From Vezdaea acicularis (taxonomy: Eukaryota), in contig JAPEUI010000055.1 in the NCBI GenBank assembly GCA_026025075.1, positions 1-64,000 on the forward strand: a stretch of 64,000 bases of DNA. Direction: 5' to 3'. How positions within the stretch are numbered: the first letter of the stretch is position 1; each line of letters begins with the position of its first letter. The notes under the pieces are model-generated. The model made no database searches and was not told where the DNA came from. It saw only the letters and a program-made list of their open reading frames with translations. A program made the position numbers and the translations under genes. Of the stretch, positions 9,982-22,915 are shown piece by piece.

Positions 9982-12876
9982 CCACCGTACTCGACAGCGG
10001 TGCCGAGCGGCCTCACCAAGCTCTACACGGGCAGCTATACAAAGATCATAGCTTGTATGGACCTTCATTGACTTCATTGATCTAATTGTTACTCTAATTT
10101 TACACATCTCTACGCTCAGTCGCCCCACAACATTCGCCACCGCGTCTGTTACCGGGTTAAGCACCTTCCGCGCGAAGGCGAGACGGGGATGACGCTATCA
10201 GACCGTCAACATCAGGATGGCTTCGATAGGCGCGCGAAGAAGGGGACGCCGCGCAGGCCGAGTTCCAACGACCGCCCCTCTTCGAGCACATGGAACTCAC
10301 GAGGGAACGAGCGCTGGGTAACGCCGCGTCCACGGTGCGTCGCAGAGCTCACGTCTTGCTTGGCTCAGACAGTCCTTATGGAATATCGATAGTGCGGCGG
10401 CTTTCGACCTGCCTAATCCATGCGGGGGCTCTGGCCATGCGAGGATGAATTAGTGGTGAACACACCCGTCGGCCGACAGAAGCATACGGCTCGAGTACAG
10501 ACAGTTCGTCCGCACGGCATCGCGCGCGTCGCATCGACTGTCAATAATTGATAACATCCACCTGCGAATCTACATGACTCTGTTCCAGCGCGAGCATAAA
10601 TCCTGCCCACGCTGGATGCAGCCTACGGCTGGTGGCAAGGAGTCAGCCGCCCGATCGACGCTTTGTGGATCGACGAGACCATGGTCGACGGGTCATGGTG
10701 GACTGTCGCGTTACGGGGAGCCGACCAACAGCGCCGTTCGTCGGAGGGCTACCGTAGCCAAGTGCGCACTTTTTAAAGTTCCTTCGACTTTTGACTTTCG
10801 CGACAGGATTCCCATCCCACCAGTATCTGTACCTGGAACAGAGCTATATCTGGGCGATTTTTGCAAGACATCGACAACGAGTCCGACATCAGCACCAGGA
10901 TCGACGTCTCGTCGTGGAAGGTAAGCAGGCCGGACCCCGCTTTCGCTCCACTTCATCCCACGCTTTCCATCAGCACCCGCATAGCCTGATATACACGACT
11001 AAACGGGCACACCACGCGTCTACCCACCCAGTAGGCGTCGGGTCGGCTGTTTCGCACGCCCGTCCCGATGCTCGTCCCGATGCAGGGCGCGCGTGAGTTG
11101 ACTGATAGAGGGCTGCCTTGTCGGAATCCTCTTACCTTGGTGGCGTGCGGTGCAGGTATCAAAGCTTGAAATTGGCCGCGAAGTGATACCGAAGCACGGT
11201 CGACACCGAGATCGGATGGGAGAGATGTCAGAGATGTCAGAGATAATAGAGAGCATAGGGATCGTATATGGATCGATCTTTCCCGGGAGCCCGTCAGATG
11301 CGGTCGTGCATCGGTGGTTGAGTCAAGGGGCCGCATCCCTCCAGGGTGATCCCATCGGCGTGTATCCTTGTACCCGTACATCTCTCCACCGTGACCACCG
11401 CGACGACGGTGACAGCCTCTCGACGCCGCTGCGCACGCTGCACCCGGCGTTCGAGTGTAGCGAGGGGTTGAGGGTTGTCTCGGACGGGGAGAAGGCTGAA
11501 GGAGGCGCGGGACCAGTGCGCTTTCCAACAGATGAGCATTGCGTACCGCGCATGGGCAGGGCGAGGGAGAGCGGGCGCCTTCAGTCTGGAGAAGCTGGGC
11601 CGAGCGCCGAACTGTATCGCTCGCAACCGTTCCTTAGATGTCCGTGACGCGCGCGAGCTTTTTCCATGCGCTCTCAACGCTCCGTCGTCGAGCCGACGCG
11701 AGAAGCGAGACGAGACATGAGGAGTGAAGCCGTGAGAGAGGAGAGGAAAAAGGATAAAGGAAGATTTGCAGCTGCCCGCCCTTTGCGATTTCAAATGCTG
11801 CGTCCCAGTTTCCATTTGCATCTTCGTGCTCCCGGAGTAACCGGCTTCGTCGGACGAAGAGAAAGCAGACTACCGTGCTGCCCCCTCGAAGCTGACCCTC
11901 GCACCAGAGGCACTAGCCAGGTTATCGCCCTCGACGCCTCGGACGAACGACGATCGATGATGATGATGATGATAATGTTGACTTGACCCGGTCGCCACAG
12001 CCCAGAAACCGGAGTTTGCGTCCATCTTGGGATCTGATCATTTTCATTGTTGCACCCCTTGCTCTCTCGCGCGCTCTCGTCCGCTTCTCACGTTCCTGCC
12101 TCTCCTCGCATGCACCGCGCGCCCGGGCCCACTGCAGCCCTTGCTTCACGCGACATCGCACGTCGTTCCCTCTCCCCCTCCCCGTCATCACAGATTAGAT
12201 TGAGCGACGAGAGAGATCGAGACGACGGACGACGGACGACCAACACGTTCAGTCGCTTCGACAGCCGCCAGACGAGCGGCAATACCGGTTCGACGCCACA
12301 GGATATACAGGATAGAGGGGGGCCACGGAGGGACCAACAGCAACGGCGGATGGCAAAGCCGTCAAAGCAGGCAGGACAGTCTCAGTCGTCTCCGCAGCAC
12401 CAGCAGTCACAGCAGTCACAGCAGTCCAACAAGAAGCAGTCCAGCGCCGGAGAATAATCGTCGGTGATCGGTGTCATACCGCCTCAGACCCCGCCTGCCT
12501 GCCCTACGCCGCTGCAGCTCGCCGTTTGCGCAACAAGGGCCACTGATTAATCACCGTCGATCTGAATCAACGACGACTCAGCTCTCCTCCTCGTTCGCCG
12601 ACGCCAATTCCGTCGGAGGCAGCGAGAGAGAGACACGGACGCCCCTCGTCTATCGTGAACTAAATTAAGCCCAACTCGGCCGGACACGACGTTCCCAGCT
12701 CGTCCGTCGCCGTCTGGCGCGTCGTTCTCCTTTCGTCGTCTCGTGCGTCGGCCGGTCCATCGCACGTCGTCGGTGGCTTGCCTGTCTCTGATTGCGCCGC
12801 TGACCTCGGATCCGGCCTTCGTCCCAGTTACGTGAGGAGCGGAAGTACGCCGTCAACGCCGTCAACATCATCGGCA

Positions 12877-12908
12877 TCAGCAGCAACAGCAGCAGCAGCA
12901 GCAGCAGC
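12877..12908 (+). repeat. (CAG)n microsatellite, imperfect
   Basis: cagcagcaacagcagcagcagcagcagcagc in non-coding DNA. Confidence 0.8.
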
Positions 12909-13896
12909 GTCGTCGCCGAGGCAGTCGAGAGAGGGAAGGCTTGCTTGCCATCACGTCGGCGCCGTCTCGCTCGGCCGACCACCAGGCCCTCGAGTTCCGC
13001 TTTGAGTTCGAGCTCGAATTCGCCTTCCGCCGTTCCCCTTTCCCCGTCACGCTCACGCAGCGCTCGTCGCGATATATTTGCATCGCGCCGACATCATTCG
13101 CCGCTGCTCCCGCTTCAGCTCGTCCCATCATCTCATCTCTCTCGCTGGTCTGATCGTCGGTCCTCTCCTCGCTCGTCCCGTCTTCCCCCACCAACCCCGG
13201 GCCTACCGTAGTGTCGGCCGTCTCTTCCCCCCCCGGCTGGCGACCCCAGGGCGGCCAAATCTAAGCCTCGCTCGCTTGCCGACGCAGCTGCACCACTGGC
13301 ACCGCTGCACCGCTGCACCTCCCTTGCCGGCCCTTCCAACGAGCGAGAGAGACCATCCGCGTCTTGCGTGCTGCAACCTCTCACGCCTCTCTCTCCTCCA
13401 CTCCGGAGCGTGCAATCGACCTTCCCACCTTCCACCATCACCACCCCCCCCCAGCCCGTCCACCCCTCCCGCCGACGGACCTTCTGCCCCCCTCCCCCCC
13501 CCCCATTTCCGCAGCCAAGGAAAGGCGAGCAGCAAGGCAAGTCAGCATATCCAGGCGGCGTACGACATCACCACTACATACCCGCACCACCTTGCATCCT
13601 CTCTGGTGCATGTTCATGCTCTACCCGGCCAATCGCGAGCCGCCCGTCAATATCTCAATAGCTTCGTCCCTCATTGTCCCCTCTCTTACGGCCTCGTCGA
13701 CATCGTCAAATCCATCAAGGCGCGACCGAACGCTCTCCATTCGACGCCTGCCTGCATCCGCCCATCCGGCGCCGTCCCTGTATGCGATCCAGTGTCGGCC
13801 TGTCGTGATCCCTCACGCCGCTTTCCCAGCAGCCGACGCAGCAGCAGGCACCAGCATCGTCGCGATCGTCTCGTTGGCCTGGACGGACCCCGGGTG

Positions 13897-16293
13897 ATGT
13901 ATTCGGCGTCGCATCCGACGACGACCTCAATGAATGGGATGGGAGGTGATATGATAGCTGGATCGGGCACCATCAATCCCGCCGCGCTGAGTTCTGCAGG
14001 TATGTGACCCCTTCGCTCCGACGACGCCAGTGCTGGCGTTTGCGCAACCACCGGAATCATCTCCATCCTTCCCTTCGTTCATCAAAGAGCGATTTCCGTG
14101 AAACGCTCCTCTCCCTCCGCAAACCTCTTCAGCACATTTCTCATGATACCTCGATCTAACGAAGTGCCTTCTCCTCTGATAGTACTCCCAACGCCACCAC
14201 CCATCAACGCGCCAGAGGCAAGCCCACGAGGGGTCAAGCGAAGTCGATCACCGGAATCGTACGGAGACGCGCCAGGTGAAGGCGATGATGGTACGTTTCC
14301 TGCTATCCGAACAATCTTCCGTTTCACAAGAACCCTTTGCATTCTGGCGTTGGGGTTCTGGAATCCTCGGATGCCTTGACGGTAGCCAATGATCCGTGCC
14401 AGCATCAGATGCTAATGACCACACCTTTCAGAAGATTCCAAGAGACGAAAGCGGGGCCGGCAACTGAAGAGAGCTTCGGGTGGAGGCGTCGAGGAGAGTC
14501 CAACATTGTCGACTTCACAACCCCCAGCTCCCGCTCAAGCATCAGCTGCAGCACCTGCGCAAGTGCAACAGGTCCAGACTCCCCAGCTTCAATCTCAGCC
14601 TCTACCGCAACCACCCACACAAGTGACCCCGACACAAGCTTCTCCAACCAAAGCTACGCCGACCAAGAGCGTCGTAAAGGCATTACCCACCGTACGGGAT
14701 CACACCACCGACCAACTTGGACCAGATGGCGACGAATACATCCCACGGGAGTACGACGAAGCGGGTGAGAAGAAAATCACGAACACGGGGCATCTTCTGG
14801 ATGGACGCGAGTTTCGGTGTCGCACTTTCTTCGTCCCAGGACGAGCGGACAAGCTATTCATGCTTGCGACAGAGTGTGCTCGAGTTTTGGGATATCGTGA
14901 CTCGTATCTGCTCTTCAACAAAAACCGGTCGTTGTACAAGATCATCGCGACTCAACCGGAAAAGGACGATCTGATCCATCAGGAGATCCTGCCCTATTCG
15001 TACCGATCGCGACAGATTGCGATAGTCACCGCCAAGTCCATGTTTCGCCAGTTTGGCAGTCGCGTCATCGTCAATGGTCGTCGAGTCCGAGACGACTATT
15101 GGGAAGGCAAGGCTAAAAAGCAAGGTTTCACCGAAGAGGATCTGGCAGGTGAGAAGCGGCCTGGAGCAGCAAAAGCAAGAGACGCAGCAGCGGCAGAAGC
15201 AAGTGCAAACGTGGCCGCGCTCAGTCACAGCCAGCACCAGGATATCATCTACAGCAACGGTCCAGGACACGGGCACTTGGAGTCTCACCCCCAGCCGCAA
15301 ACGGTGCAACCTGGGATGGGAACCTCGATGGTCGGACCGACGCCATTGCCCATGATTCATCTCATAGCTGATAACGACCCCATGCGATTCAAGGACTATG
15401 GAAATGTCCCACGACCGCGGCAAGAGATAACGGGCGCACCCTACATAGATCGCTCCACGCCGAGCTCCGGCACCGAGATCCAGAGCCACGCGCATCAGAC
15501 AGCAGACTACAACAAAGCCGTCAATCAGCAACGGATGAACCGCGGCAAGATGCTGGGTGAATGGTGGAAACAGCCTCACGACGTCCCGACGACAGCACAG
15601 CCGCCCCAACGTGGAGAGCCAAGTCCAGCGGTGAGCCAGGCGCTCTCGTCGTCGCCTCTGACGGGATCCAGCGCGATCATGGGTGCGGGCCAGCCTCCAC
15701 TGGCGCAGCAACAGCATGGCTCTGCTTCGCACATGATGACGCCGCAGTTCTCACAGGCACAGCACCAGCAGAGTCAGATGGTCCAATCGCCCGCGCGGAG
15801 CGTGAGCCAAGCACCGCTACGACAGGACCAACTGCACCGGTCACCAAGCCTCACCTTCGGCCCCGGCGGGGCACCACAGCCAGGCAGCATGTACAGCTTC
15901 TCGGGCGGGAACCAGATGTGGCCACCCGCTCAGCCCAGTCAATCGCCGGTCTCTCAATCCCATCATCCTCTACCTCAGTACAGTCCCCATCCACAACAGA
16001 CGTCTCCTCACCATCAGCAGTCCCCTCACCAACCTCCACCTCCCATGCAGCAACCAGGGGCTGGCCCGCAGATGCATGGCGGACCGCTGCAATACGCAGC
16101 TATGCCCGGCATGGGCCCGGGCGGCTATCCCGCACCGGGCGGACGCGCTTACTACACCCCCGGACCAAACCCGCAGCAGCAGTCGATGTATCAAACCTCC
16201 GCGGGGCCACAGCAAGGCATGCAGGGCTGGGCCCCGCCTTCGCAAGGCCCACCCGGCTCATCGCAATGGGGCGGCTGGAGCGGGACGGGATGA
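13897..16293 (+). CDS. NPL6: RSC chromatin-remodelling subunit Npl6/Rsc7 (Rsc7/Swp82 family), multi-exon
   Basis: Conserved core GEKKITNTGHLLDGREFRCRTFFVPGRADKLFMLATECARVLGYRDSYLLFNKNRSLYK...FGSRVIVNGRRVRDDYWE. Exon 1 is MYSASHP...GTINPAALSSA with a GT donor at 14000. Pro/Gln-rich tail. Confidence 0.88.
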
Positions 16294-16639
16294 AGAGACC
16301 ATTAAACCGAACTCGAAAGAAATCTATCCAACATACATACAAAACCAACCCTAAGCTCCATTTTCAGATCATATAACCAGGAGGATTCTGCTGCTCGGGG
16401 CATCAAATTGGCATACCAACCAACGATCTCGTTTCGCACGGCATAAACCCCCTTTTTTTTTCTTTTTCTTTGGCATGTAGGATAAGACAAAGTATTCGGG
16501 GTCGCAGCCGTGGGGCTACAGTAGGGAGAAATGTGCGCGAAGGCTGGCTGGCTGGCGTTTGCGGAGTTTTTCTCTTCCGGGACTTCTTTCTCCCCCTTTT
16601 TTTTGGTGCTTGCGGCGTGGGGAGTGCGAGAAATACCTC

Positions 16640-16720
16640 TTTTGCTCTGCTTTGCTCTACTTTGCTTTATTTTAATTCATTTTGCTCTACTCTGCTCTGC
16701 TGTGTTCTGCTGTGCTCCAC
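16640..16720 (+). repeat. degenerate pentanucleotide (TGCTC/TGCTT) tandem repeat
   Basis: tttgctctgctttgctctactttgctt...tttgctctactctgctctgctgtgttctgctgtgctc, downstream of NPL6. Confidence 0.6.
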
Positions 16721-17555
16721 TTCACTTGGCTCGCAAACCCGAATCGTCCGCGCATATCTCATGGCTTCTTCCAATCCGATAACTTCTCTCCTTCTCCTTC
16801 TTTCTTCCGTACTACTTTTCTTCCGCCAACTGTCGCTACTAGAGAAGCGGATCAGCATATTATAAAAATCTTTTTCCGCTCGCTCTTGCCCACTTGCTTC
16901 TTTCTTGAGCTGAATCTGCACAGGATGCTTGCTTCGCTGGACCTCCCTATTCCTGAGCCTTCCCCTTCGCCTACTCACTCACTCTAGACCCTTAACTCAC
17001 ACCCTCCTCCTAATACGACCTCCGATCTTCTTCCCCCTTGGCGTTTCCCACCCCCCCCGTTGTTCACTTCCCATGAGAATACACCCACCCCGTTTAATAT
17101 GCTGCCCGCCTCCTTCCATTCCTCCCTCCCTTGCCTTCTCCCTCCCCCGCCCCCTCCCCTCGCCCTGGGAGATCAAACCCACTACTCTCCAGCTATCACG
17201 GACAAGCAGAGTTTGTGGGTTGGGAGGGGGGGAGGGAGGGGGTTGGGACAGAACCATCGCCTTTTTAGTTGTTCTAGGGACGCGCGATGGATGGGGTGCG
17301 TGCTTGGGGTGCTCGTTGCGCTTTTTGGGAGGGGGGTCATACAAAATACGAAGACATTGCGTACCAAACCAACCCAAATCCGAACAACTACGCATAATCA
17401 CAAACCTACGTTCACCTATTGATCGCTGGGGAGGGGGGGGGAAAGACTGACCGCTGCGGGTGGTGGCTACTTGGTATGGGATGCGTTTGGGTCACGTTGC
17501 ATGGGAAAGCTAGCGATGGAGGGGGAGAGGGAGGGAGGAGATTGTTTATTTATAT

Positions 17556-18569
17556 TTATTTTAGTTTAAGTTTCGTAGACCGCGTCTTCCGTTTTTTGAA
17601 GATGATGTCCTCTCCAGCATCAGTAGGCGGCAGCTCAACACCCTCCTCAGTCTTCACCCCCGCGACGTGCGCAATAGGCGCCACTTCTCGAGCCGCGGTG
17701 ACAGCCTGATCCCCCCCTTCCTCCTCCTCTTCCTCCTTCTTGATGGTGGGGAAGCCCGAATCCTCCGTTTTGAGGCCGGGGAGATCTGGGTGGGAGACTG
17801 GCTTCAGCCCTTCTTTCTTGGTGGGGAGCGCGGCTTGGAGCAAGGCGTCTAGATCGTCTTTTTCTTCTTCTTCGTCGCCCGCGAGGTTGAGGGCGGGGTA
17901 TGTCTTTAGGGTGTCGCCCCAGCGCTTCTTGCGCGGGTTATGCCCCACCTGGAACTTCTCTTCTTCATCCCCACTCATCGCAGCAGCGGCATCCCCGTCA
18001 GCGGTTCTCGTCCTCTTCCGTCGAACGCCCAAACTGCCCTCTACCTCCCCTCCTTCTTGGTCGGGGTCCTGCTGTGGTGCCGAGCCAACGACGCGCTCGT
18101 GCAGAACTTCCCAGTCCCCGACCATCGCCATCTCGCCCCGAAACTCCTCCGGAATGGCCACCCCCATCTCAGCCAGTCGCCGTAGTTGCTCCTTCCGCTC
18201 TGAGGGGGTGGCAGCGCGTTGTTTGCCGGCGCCCGCGCCATGGGTGAGGGTTATGCTTCCTCTGAGTCTATCCGTCGTTGCCGCCGCAGGACCCACTCCA
18301 CGACCAGCAGTGCTTGTGGATGCAGCACTCCCGGGAGGGTTGCTGCCAGCCCCCACGATCCCATTGAGGCGCGCGACTTCGTCTTTGGCGCGCTGGGCGT
18401 CTCGTTGGGCGCGGTCGTTCGTCCGGTTCAGGTCTCGTAGGAAGCGCTTTATGTTCCCTTGGTGCTTGGGGGAGGATTCGTGATTGCGTCGCTCGAGAGG
18501 CGTGTCGCGTACGTGGAGGTTGCAGTGTTTGCAGTGGTAGCGGGGGGTGGATTTCCAGTATTCTGACAT
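17556..18569 (-). CDS. U1/matrin-type zinc-finger splicing factor (WBP4/FBP21-like)
   Basis: Likely start MSEYWKSTPRYHCKHCNLHVRDTPLERRNHESSPKHQGNIKRFL (CxxC...H...H). C-terminus IIFKKRK. Confidence 0.85.
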   Translation of the reverse strand: MSEYWKSTPRYHCKHCNLHVRDTPLERRNHESSPKHQGNIKRFLRDLNRTNDRAQRDAQRAKDEVARLNGIVGAGSNPPGSAASTSTAGRGVGPAAATTDRLRGSITLTHGAGAGKQRAATPSERKEQLRRLAEMGVAIPEEFRGEMAMVGDWEVLHERVVGSAPQQDPDQEGGEVEGSLGVRRKRTRTADGDAAAAMSGDEEEKFQVGHNPRKKRWGDTLKTYPALNLAGDEEEEKDDLDALLQAALPTKKEGLKPVSHPDLPGLKTEDSGFPTIKKEEEEEEGGDQAVTAAREVAPIAHVAGVKTEEGVELPPTDAGEDIIFKKRKTRSTKLKLK

Positions 18570-18959
18570 GCTGGATGGGGGGATGGAGGGAGGGAAGAGT
18601 TGGAGTTGGGGTGAGGGATCGAGGGAAAGGTTGGGGTTGGGGGTGGTGGTTCGAGGTTGATACGAGGGGTATGGCGTTCTGCTCGGAGGCGTGTGGGCTT
18701 GAGGTGTTGTTTTGAGGGAGGGTGAAGTTGGGGGTAGCTCGTGCTTTCCTGGGCGAGGCGGGTGGGATATGTGGGGGGTGCTTCGAGACGGAGGAAGTGA
18801 TGTCGTTACGAGGTGCCGAGCCGCGGCGAAAAAATATACGCGGGCTAAAGAGCCTCCGCTCAGCACATCTCTCACATCTCAATGTAGCAGCTATCCACCC
18901 GGGGCATTTCTCAGAGCCTTTCCTCGCTTTAGGTTCTGCTCATTCTCTAGATATTCAAC

Positions 18960-20272
18960 ATGGCGAGCGCACTACAAAGGGCAAGCCGCACGGCAATAAG
19001 ACTCCACGCATCCCCAGCTTCTTCTCTCCCATCCCGAGCAATCGCAGGCACACTCTCCCGCCATGCCTTCTCGACATCGATCTCCGTCCCCGCCCCTCCA
19101 AACACCCTCATGGGCCTCTCCTCCTCGCCGTCCAACCCGACCTCGTACTTTCAGCGTCCGTCTCTACCAGCAAACACCATCATCCGCTTTGTCCCCCAGC
19201 AAACAGCATGGATCGTGGAACGGATGGGCAAATTCAACCGCATATTGAAGCCTGGTCTGGCCGTCTTGATTCCCTTCCTCGACCGGATAGCATATGTGAG
19301 GAGCTTGAAGGAAGCGGCGATTGAGATACCGAGTCAGAGCGCGATCACAGCGGATAACGTCACCTTAGAGTTGGACGGTGTCCTATACACGAGAGTCTTT
19401 GATGCGTATAAAGCCAGGTGCGTCCCCTGCTGCTCTTGTACTACGTACTACACTCTAACAAATCTCTCGTCAACAGCTACGGCGTAGAAGACGCTGAATA
19501 CGCCATCTCGCAACTGGCGCAGACGACCATGCGTTCGGAAATCGGCCAGCTCTCGCTCGACCACGTCCTCAAGGAGCGCGCCGCCCTCAACACGAACATC
19601 ACCGCCGCCATCAACGAGGCCGCCCAGGACTGGGGCGTAACCTGCCTGCGGTACGAGATCCGCGACATCCACGCCCCCGAGGGCGTCGTCGCCGCCATGC
19701 ACCGCCAAGTGACGGCCGAGCGCAGCAAGCGCGCCGAGATCCTCGACAGCGAGGGGCAGCGCCAGAGCGCCATCAACATCGCCGAAGGCCGCAAGCAGAG
19801 CGTCATCCTCGCCAGCGAGGCCCTGAAGAGTGAACAGATCAATATGGCCAGCGGCGAGGCCGAGGCCATCTTACTCCGCGCGGAAGCGACGGCTAGGGGC
19901 ATCGACGCCGTCGCCCAGAGTATCAGGAAGGGAGAGGGCAGCGCTCAGGCAGCCGTCAGTCTCAGCGTCGCGGAAAAGTATGTCGATGCCTTTGGTCGTC
20001 TGGCTAAAGAGGGTACCGCCGTCGTCGTCCCCGGCAACGTCGGCGATCTGGGCGGGATGGTCGCCAGCGCCATGGCTGTGTATGGCAAGGTCACCGAGAG
20101 TCAGCGCAAGACCATGCTGGGTCTCGCCAGGACGGAAGACGCGCAGGTCCAGGCACGGCTGGAGAGTGAGTCGGGTAAGTATGGTGAGGGTGAGTTGGGG
20201 GCGACGGGGAAGACGGATGAGGTCGCGAAGAGCGTGTTGGAGAGCTTTGAGCAGACTCGGAATAAGCGGTAA
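18960..20272 (+). CDS. mitochondrial stomatin-like protein 2 (SPFH/band-7)
   Basis: FVPQQTAWIVERMGKFNRIL...SQSAITADNVTL...QLAQTTMRSEIGQL...LRYEIRDI. Intron 19418-19476. Presequence-like N-terminus. Confidence 0.93.
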
Positions 20273-21603
20273 GGAAGTGGATAGTGGTATCGCAGGCGTC
20301 CTCTCCCCCCAGCTCACTTCTTTCTTCCGTTGTATCAGTATCTGTGAGCGTCGAAGAATCGTATGCCAGTTTAAACCACTAATGGTCTGCTCTCCGCAAT
20401 TCGTGCATTTAACGCACAGATGGTGGCACAGGGAGTTCAGTATCTAACGCACGACTTGTCATCGCCTTGGCGGGCCACTCTCCAGAAGATCACGGCGGCT
20501 CCCTTGACGCGTCTAGAACCACCCACCCCTACGCCACCGCTCATCACCCTCACAGAAATACTCAGACCGTGAATCTCGCTCCCCCGTCTCCTGACCCTTC
20601 ATGACCACCTCCCTCCTCTTATCTCAATACCAAGACCACCACCCCTTCATCCTTCCTTCCTCCCAGACTACACAACACACCCCACCCCAACATCTCTCAC
20701 CTACAGCCCCCTTTTGTGCAAGTTACATCCTTGGCCCTGCGGACATCCTTTGTTTTCCTCGTTTGGTATTGATGTTTATTCCATTGGATGGATGGTGTTT
20801 GTGGGGTTTTGGGGGGTGGCTTTTAAGGGCTTCTGTTCCCCGTGGAAGGGGCTAGAACGAGGGTTTTGGGAGGGGTAAAGGGTTAAGGGCGTCTCGGGCT
20901 TGTTTCTTACACGGCCTTGGGTAGAAGACGCATCTGAGACCCTACACGCGCGTGGGTTAGGACAGACGAACATCTATCTCGAGCATCTCCGTCGTATTGT
21001 GTGAGAACGAGTGGATGTTTGTATACTTTCCATGCTCTCCGCGGTGAGGGATGGGTGGACAATCTCCCTACCACCGAGCACTGACTCACTCAATACCAAG
21101 GAGGGGATATACTCACAGCCCTGCCCCTCCATCCGAGAAACAAATATTCTGTGAACGGAGTATTCAAAGTACTTCTCCTACACATGCCGTGGGTTTAGGG
21201 GAGGCCGGGAAGGAGCGCACGAGTCAGCTCAGGGGCATATAGGGGCAGGGAGGAGGGACTTCATCACCACTTTTCCACCTTCATCGTGGATAAGATCGGC
21301 AGATGAAGCATGGTGGTTGGAGGAGTCGGAGGAGCTGGGTCAGAGGCGTACCCTGCACGCGGGGTATATAGCTACATAAAGCCCTATAGAGCGGAGGGGC
21401 GCGGAGTATGGTACCGTATCACCCAACCTATTCTGCAACCCCGCTGTAGAGCAACGAAGTCAAACTAAAGAAACAAACTCGAGATGCTGTGGAGGTGGTG
21501 CTCATGAAAAGGCATGAGTCTGGTATACTATATACGACTCATCCACTTTGCTTACTGAGAGGGGTTAGGGGAGAAGAAAGAGACGGGTGGGTTGGACAGG
21601 TGG

Positions 21604-22113
21604 TTAGGTTGCTGCGGTCTCTGTCTCGGTGGATGTGGTGGTGTCAGCCTCTGCGGCCGGGTCCGCGGCGGGTTCTGGGGGTTCTTTGGGGGTGTCGTCC
21701 TTGGCTGCACCATCCTCAGCCACCTTCACCCCCTTTCCCCCACCCTTGCCCTTCTTCCCCCTCCAAATCCTCCTCCACCACCCCCTCTTCTCCTTCCCCC
21801 CTTTCCCCTTTCCTTTTTCCTTCCTCTCCATCCTCCCCTTCCCCCTCTCCGCCTCCCTAGCCGCCTCCCATGCGACCACTGACGCCCTCCTCCGCCGCAC
21901 CGCCCCAGCCGTTGGCGCAGGTCCGCGGCCCCCGGCCAGGAACCAGAGGGCGGGCGGCAGGGTCTCGGCGTCTTTGAACTTGCGGGGGGGAGGGCGGTGG
22001 GCGTGGCCACCGCGGAGGCGGAGGTGGAGGTGGAGATGGGGGGGAGGGTCTGGGGGAGGGGGAGGGGGAGTGAGAGTGGGAGTTACTAGCCTACCACCAC
22101 AACAGCTGCTCAT
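21604..22113 (-). CDS. hypothetical small protein
   Basis: ATG-initiated 169-aa ORF with a non-repetitive core PPRKFKDAETLPPALWFLAGGRGPAPT. Its C-rich 5'/G-rich 3' skew matches neighbouring genes. The rest is low complexity. Confidence 0.4.
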   Translation of the reverse strand: MSSCCGGRLVTPTLTPPPPPPDPPPHLHLHLRLRGGHAHRPPPRKFKDAETLPPALWFLAGGRGPAPTAGAVRRRRASVVAWEAAREAERGKGRMERKEKGKGKGGKEKRGWWRRIWRGKKGKGGGKGVKVAEDGAAKDDTPKEPPEPAADPAAEADTTTSTETETAAT

Positions 22114-22915
22114 ATCCAGCCCCTATAAAGACCGGACCGGACTGGACCGGCCAAGAGAGATAGATGGCTCACGGGGTTACGACAGTAATGCAATGTAGTA
22201 AGACCGTCTTGATAGGGGAGCGAGAGTCGTACACATTCCGCGGTCTCGGAAGGGTGGGGAAAGGAGGGAGATAGATATAGCAGGAAAGAAGGAAGGGAGG
22301 TGGTGTGAATGCCCTCGAATCCACACCACGCGCGTGAATGACGCAAGAAAAAGCCAGAGAGTTCTAGTCAGCAGAAATTCGCAGTGAACCACAACAAACC
22401 CCGTCTCAACCCGCACAAGCGCTCCAAGAAGCTCGGATTCAGTAACGGAGGGGAGTTGCTCACAGGGGGGGGACTAGAGCTGGAGGGTATCACATCTTTT
22501 TTGAGGATTTTGCTATGGAAGAGAACTAGCGTCGGAGGGAGTCCGAACCCCATCTAGAAAAAAAGGAAAAGAAAAAGAAAGAAGAACCCCGATACGGCCC
22601 TCCTGTATCCCAAAACAAGTCCTGTCCTGAACATTAATCCTGACATGATGATGATGACGATGACAAACTCCCCGGAAGGAAAAGCGCTCTATAAGAAACA
22701 ATGGTTGGTGGTTGGTTGGTTGGTGTGGTGGTCGATGGTGAATGGTGAATGGTGGGAGGGAGGTGGGGGGTGAGAGGATGGTTGGGCCTCGAGAGGAGAA
22801 AGAAAGTCCCAAGGTATATTTGACAGAAGTGGAAATTAGATAAAAAGGGGAAAACAGCGCCGCCGCCGCCGCCGCCATCATCGTCGTCGTCGGAACGATC
22901 ATTAACACTTTCTCG

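Noticed and set aside
13078..14007. 309-aa ORF upstream of NPL6
   Set aside because: Low-complexity, non-ATG read-through of GC-rich DNA. Only the last ~35 codons (from 13897) look like real exon 1.
18570..18875. N-terminal extension of the U1 zinc-finger ORF
   Set aside because: C-rich leader with no ATG start. The family begins at MSEYWKS.
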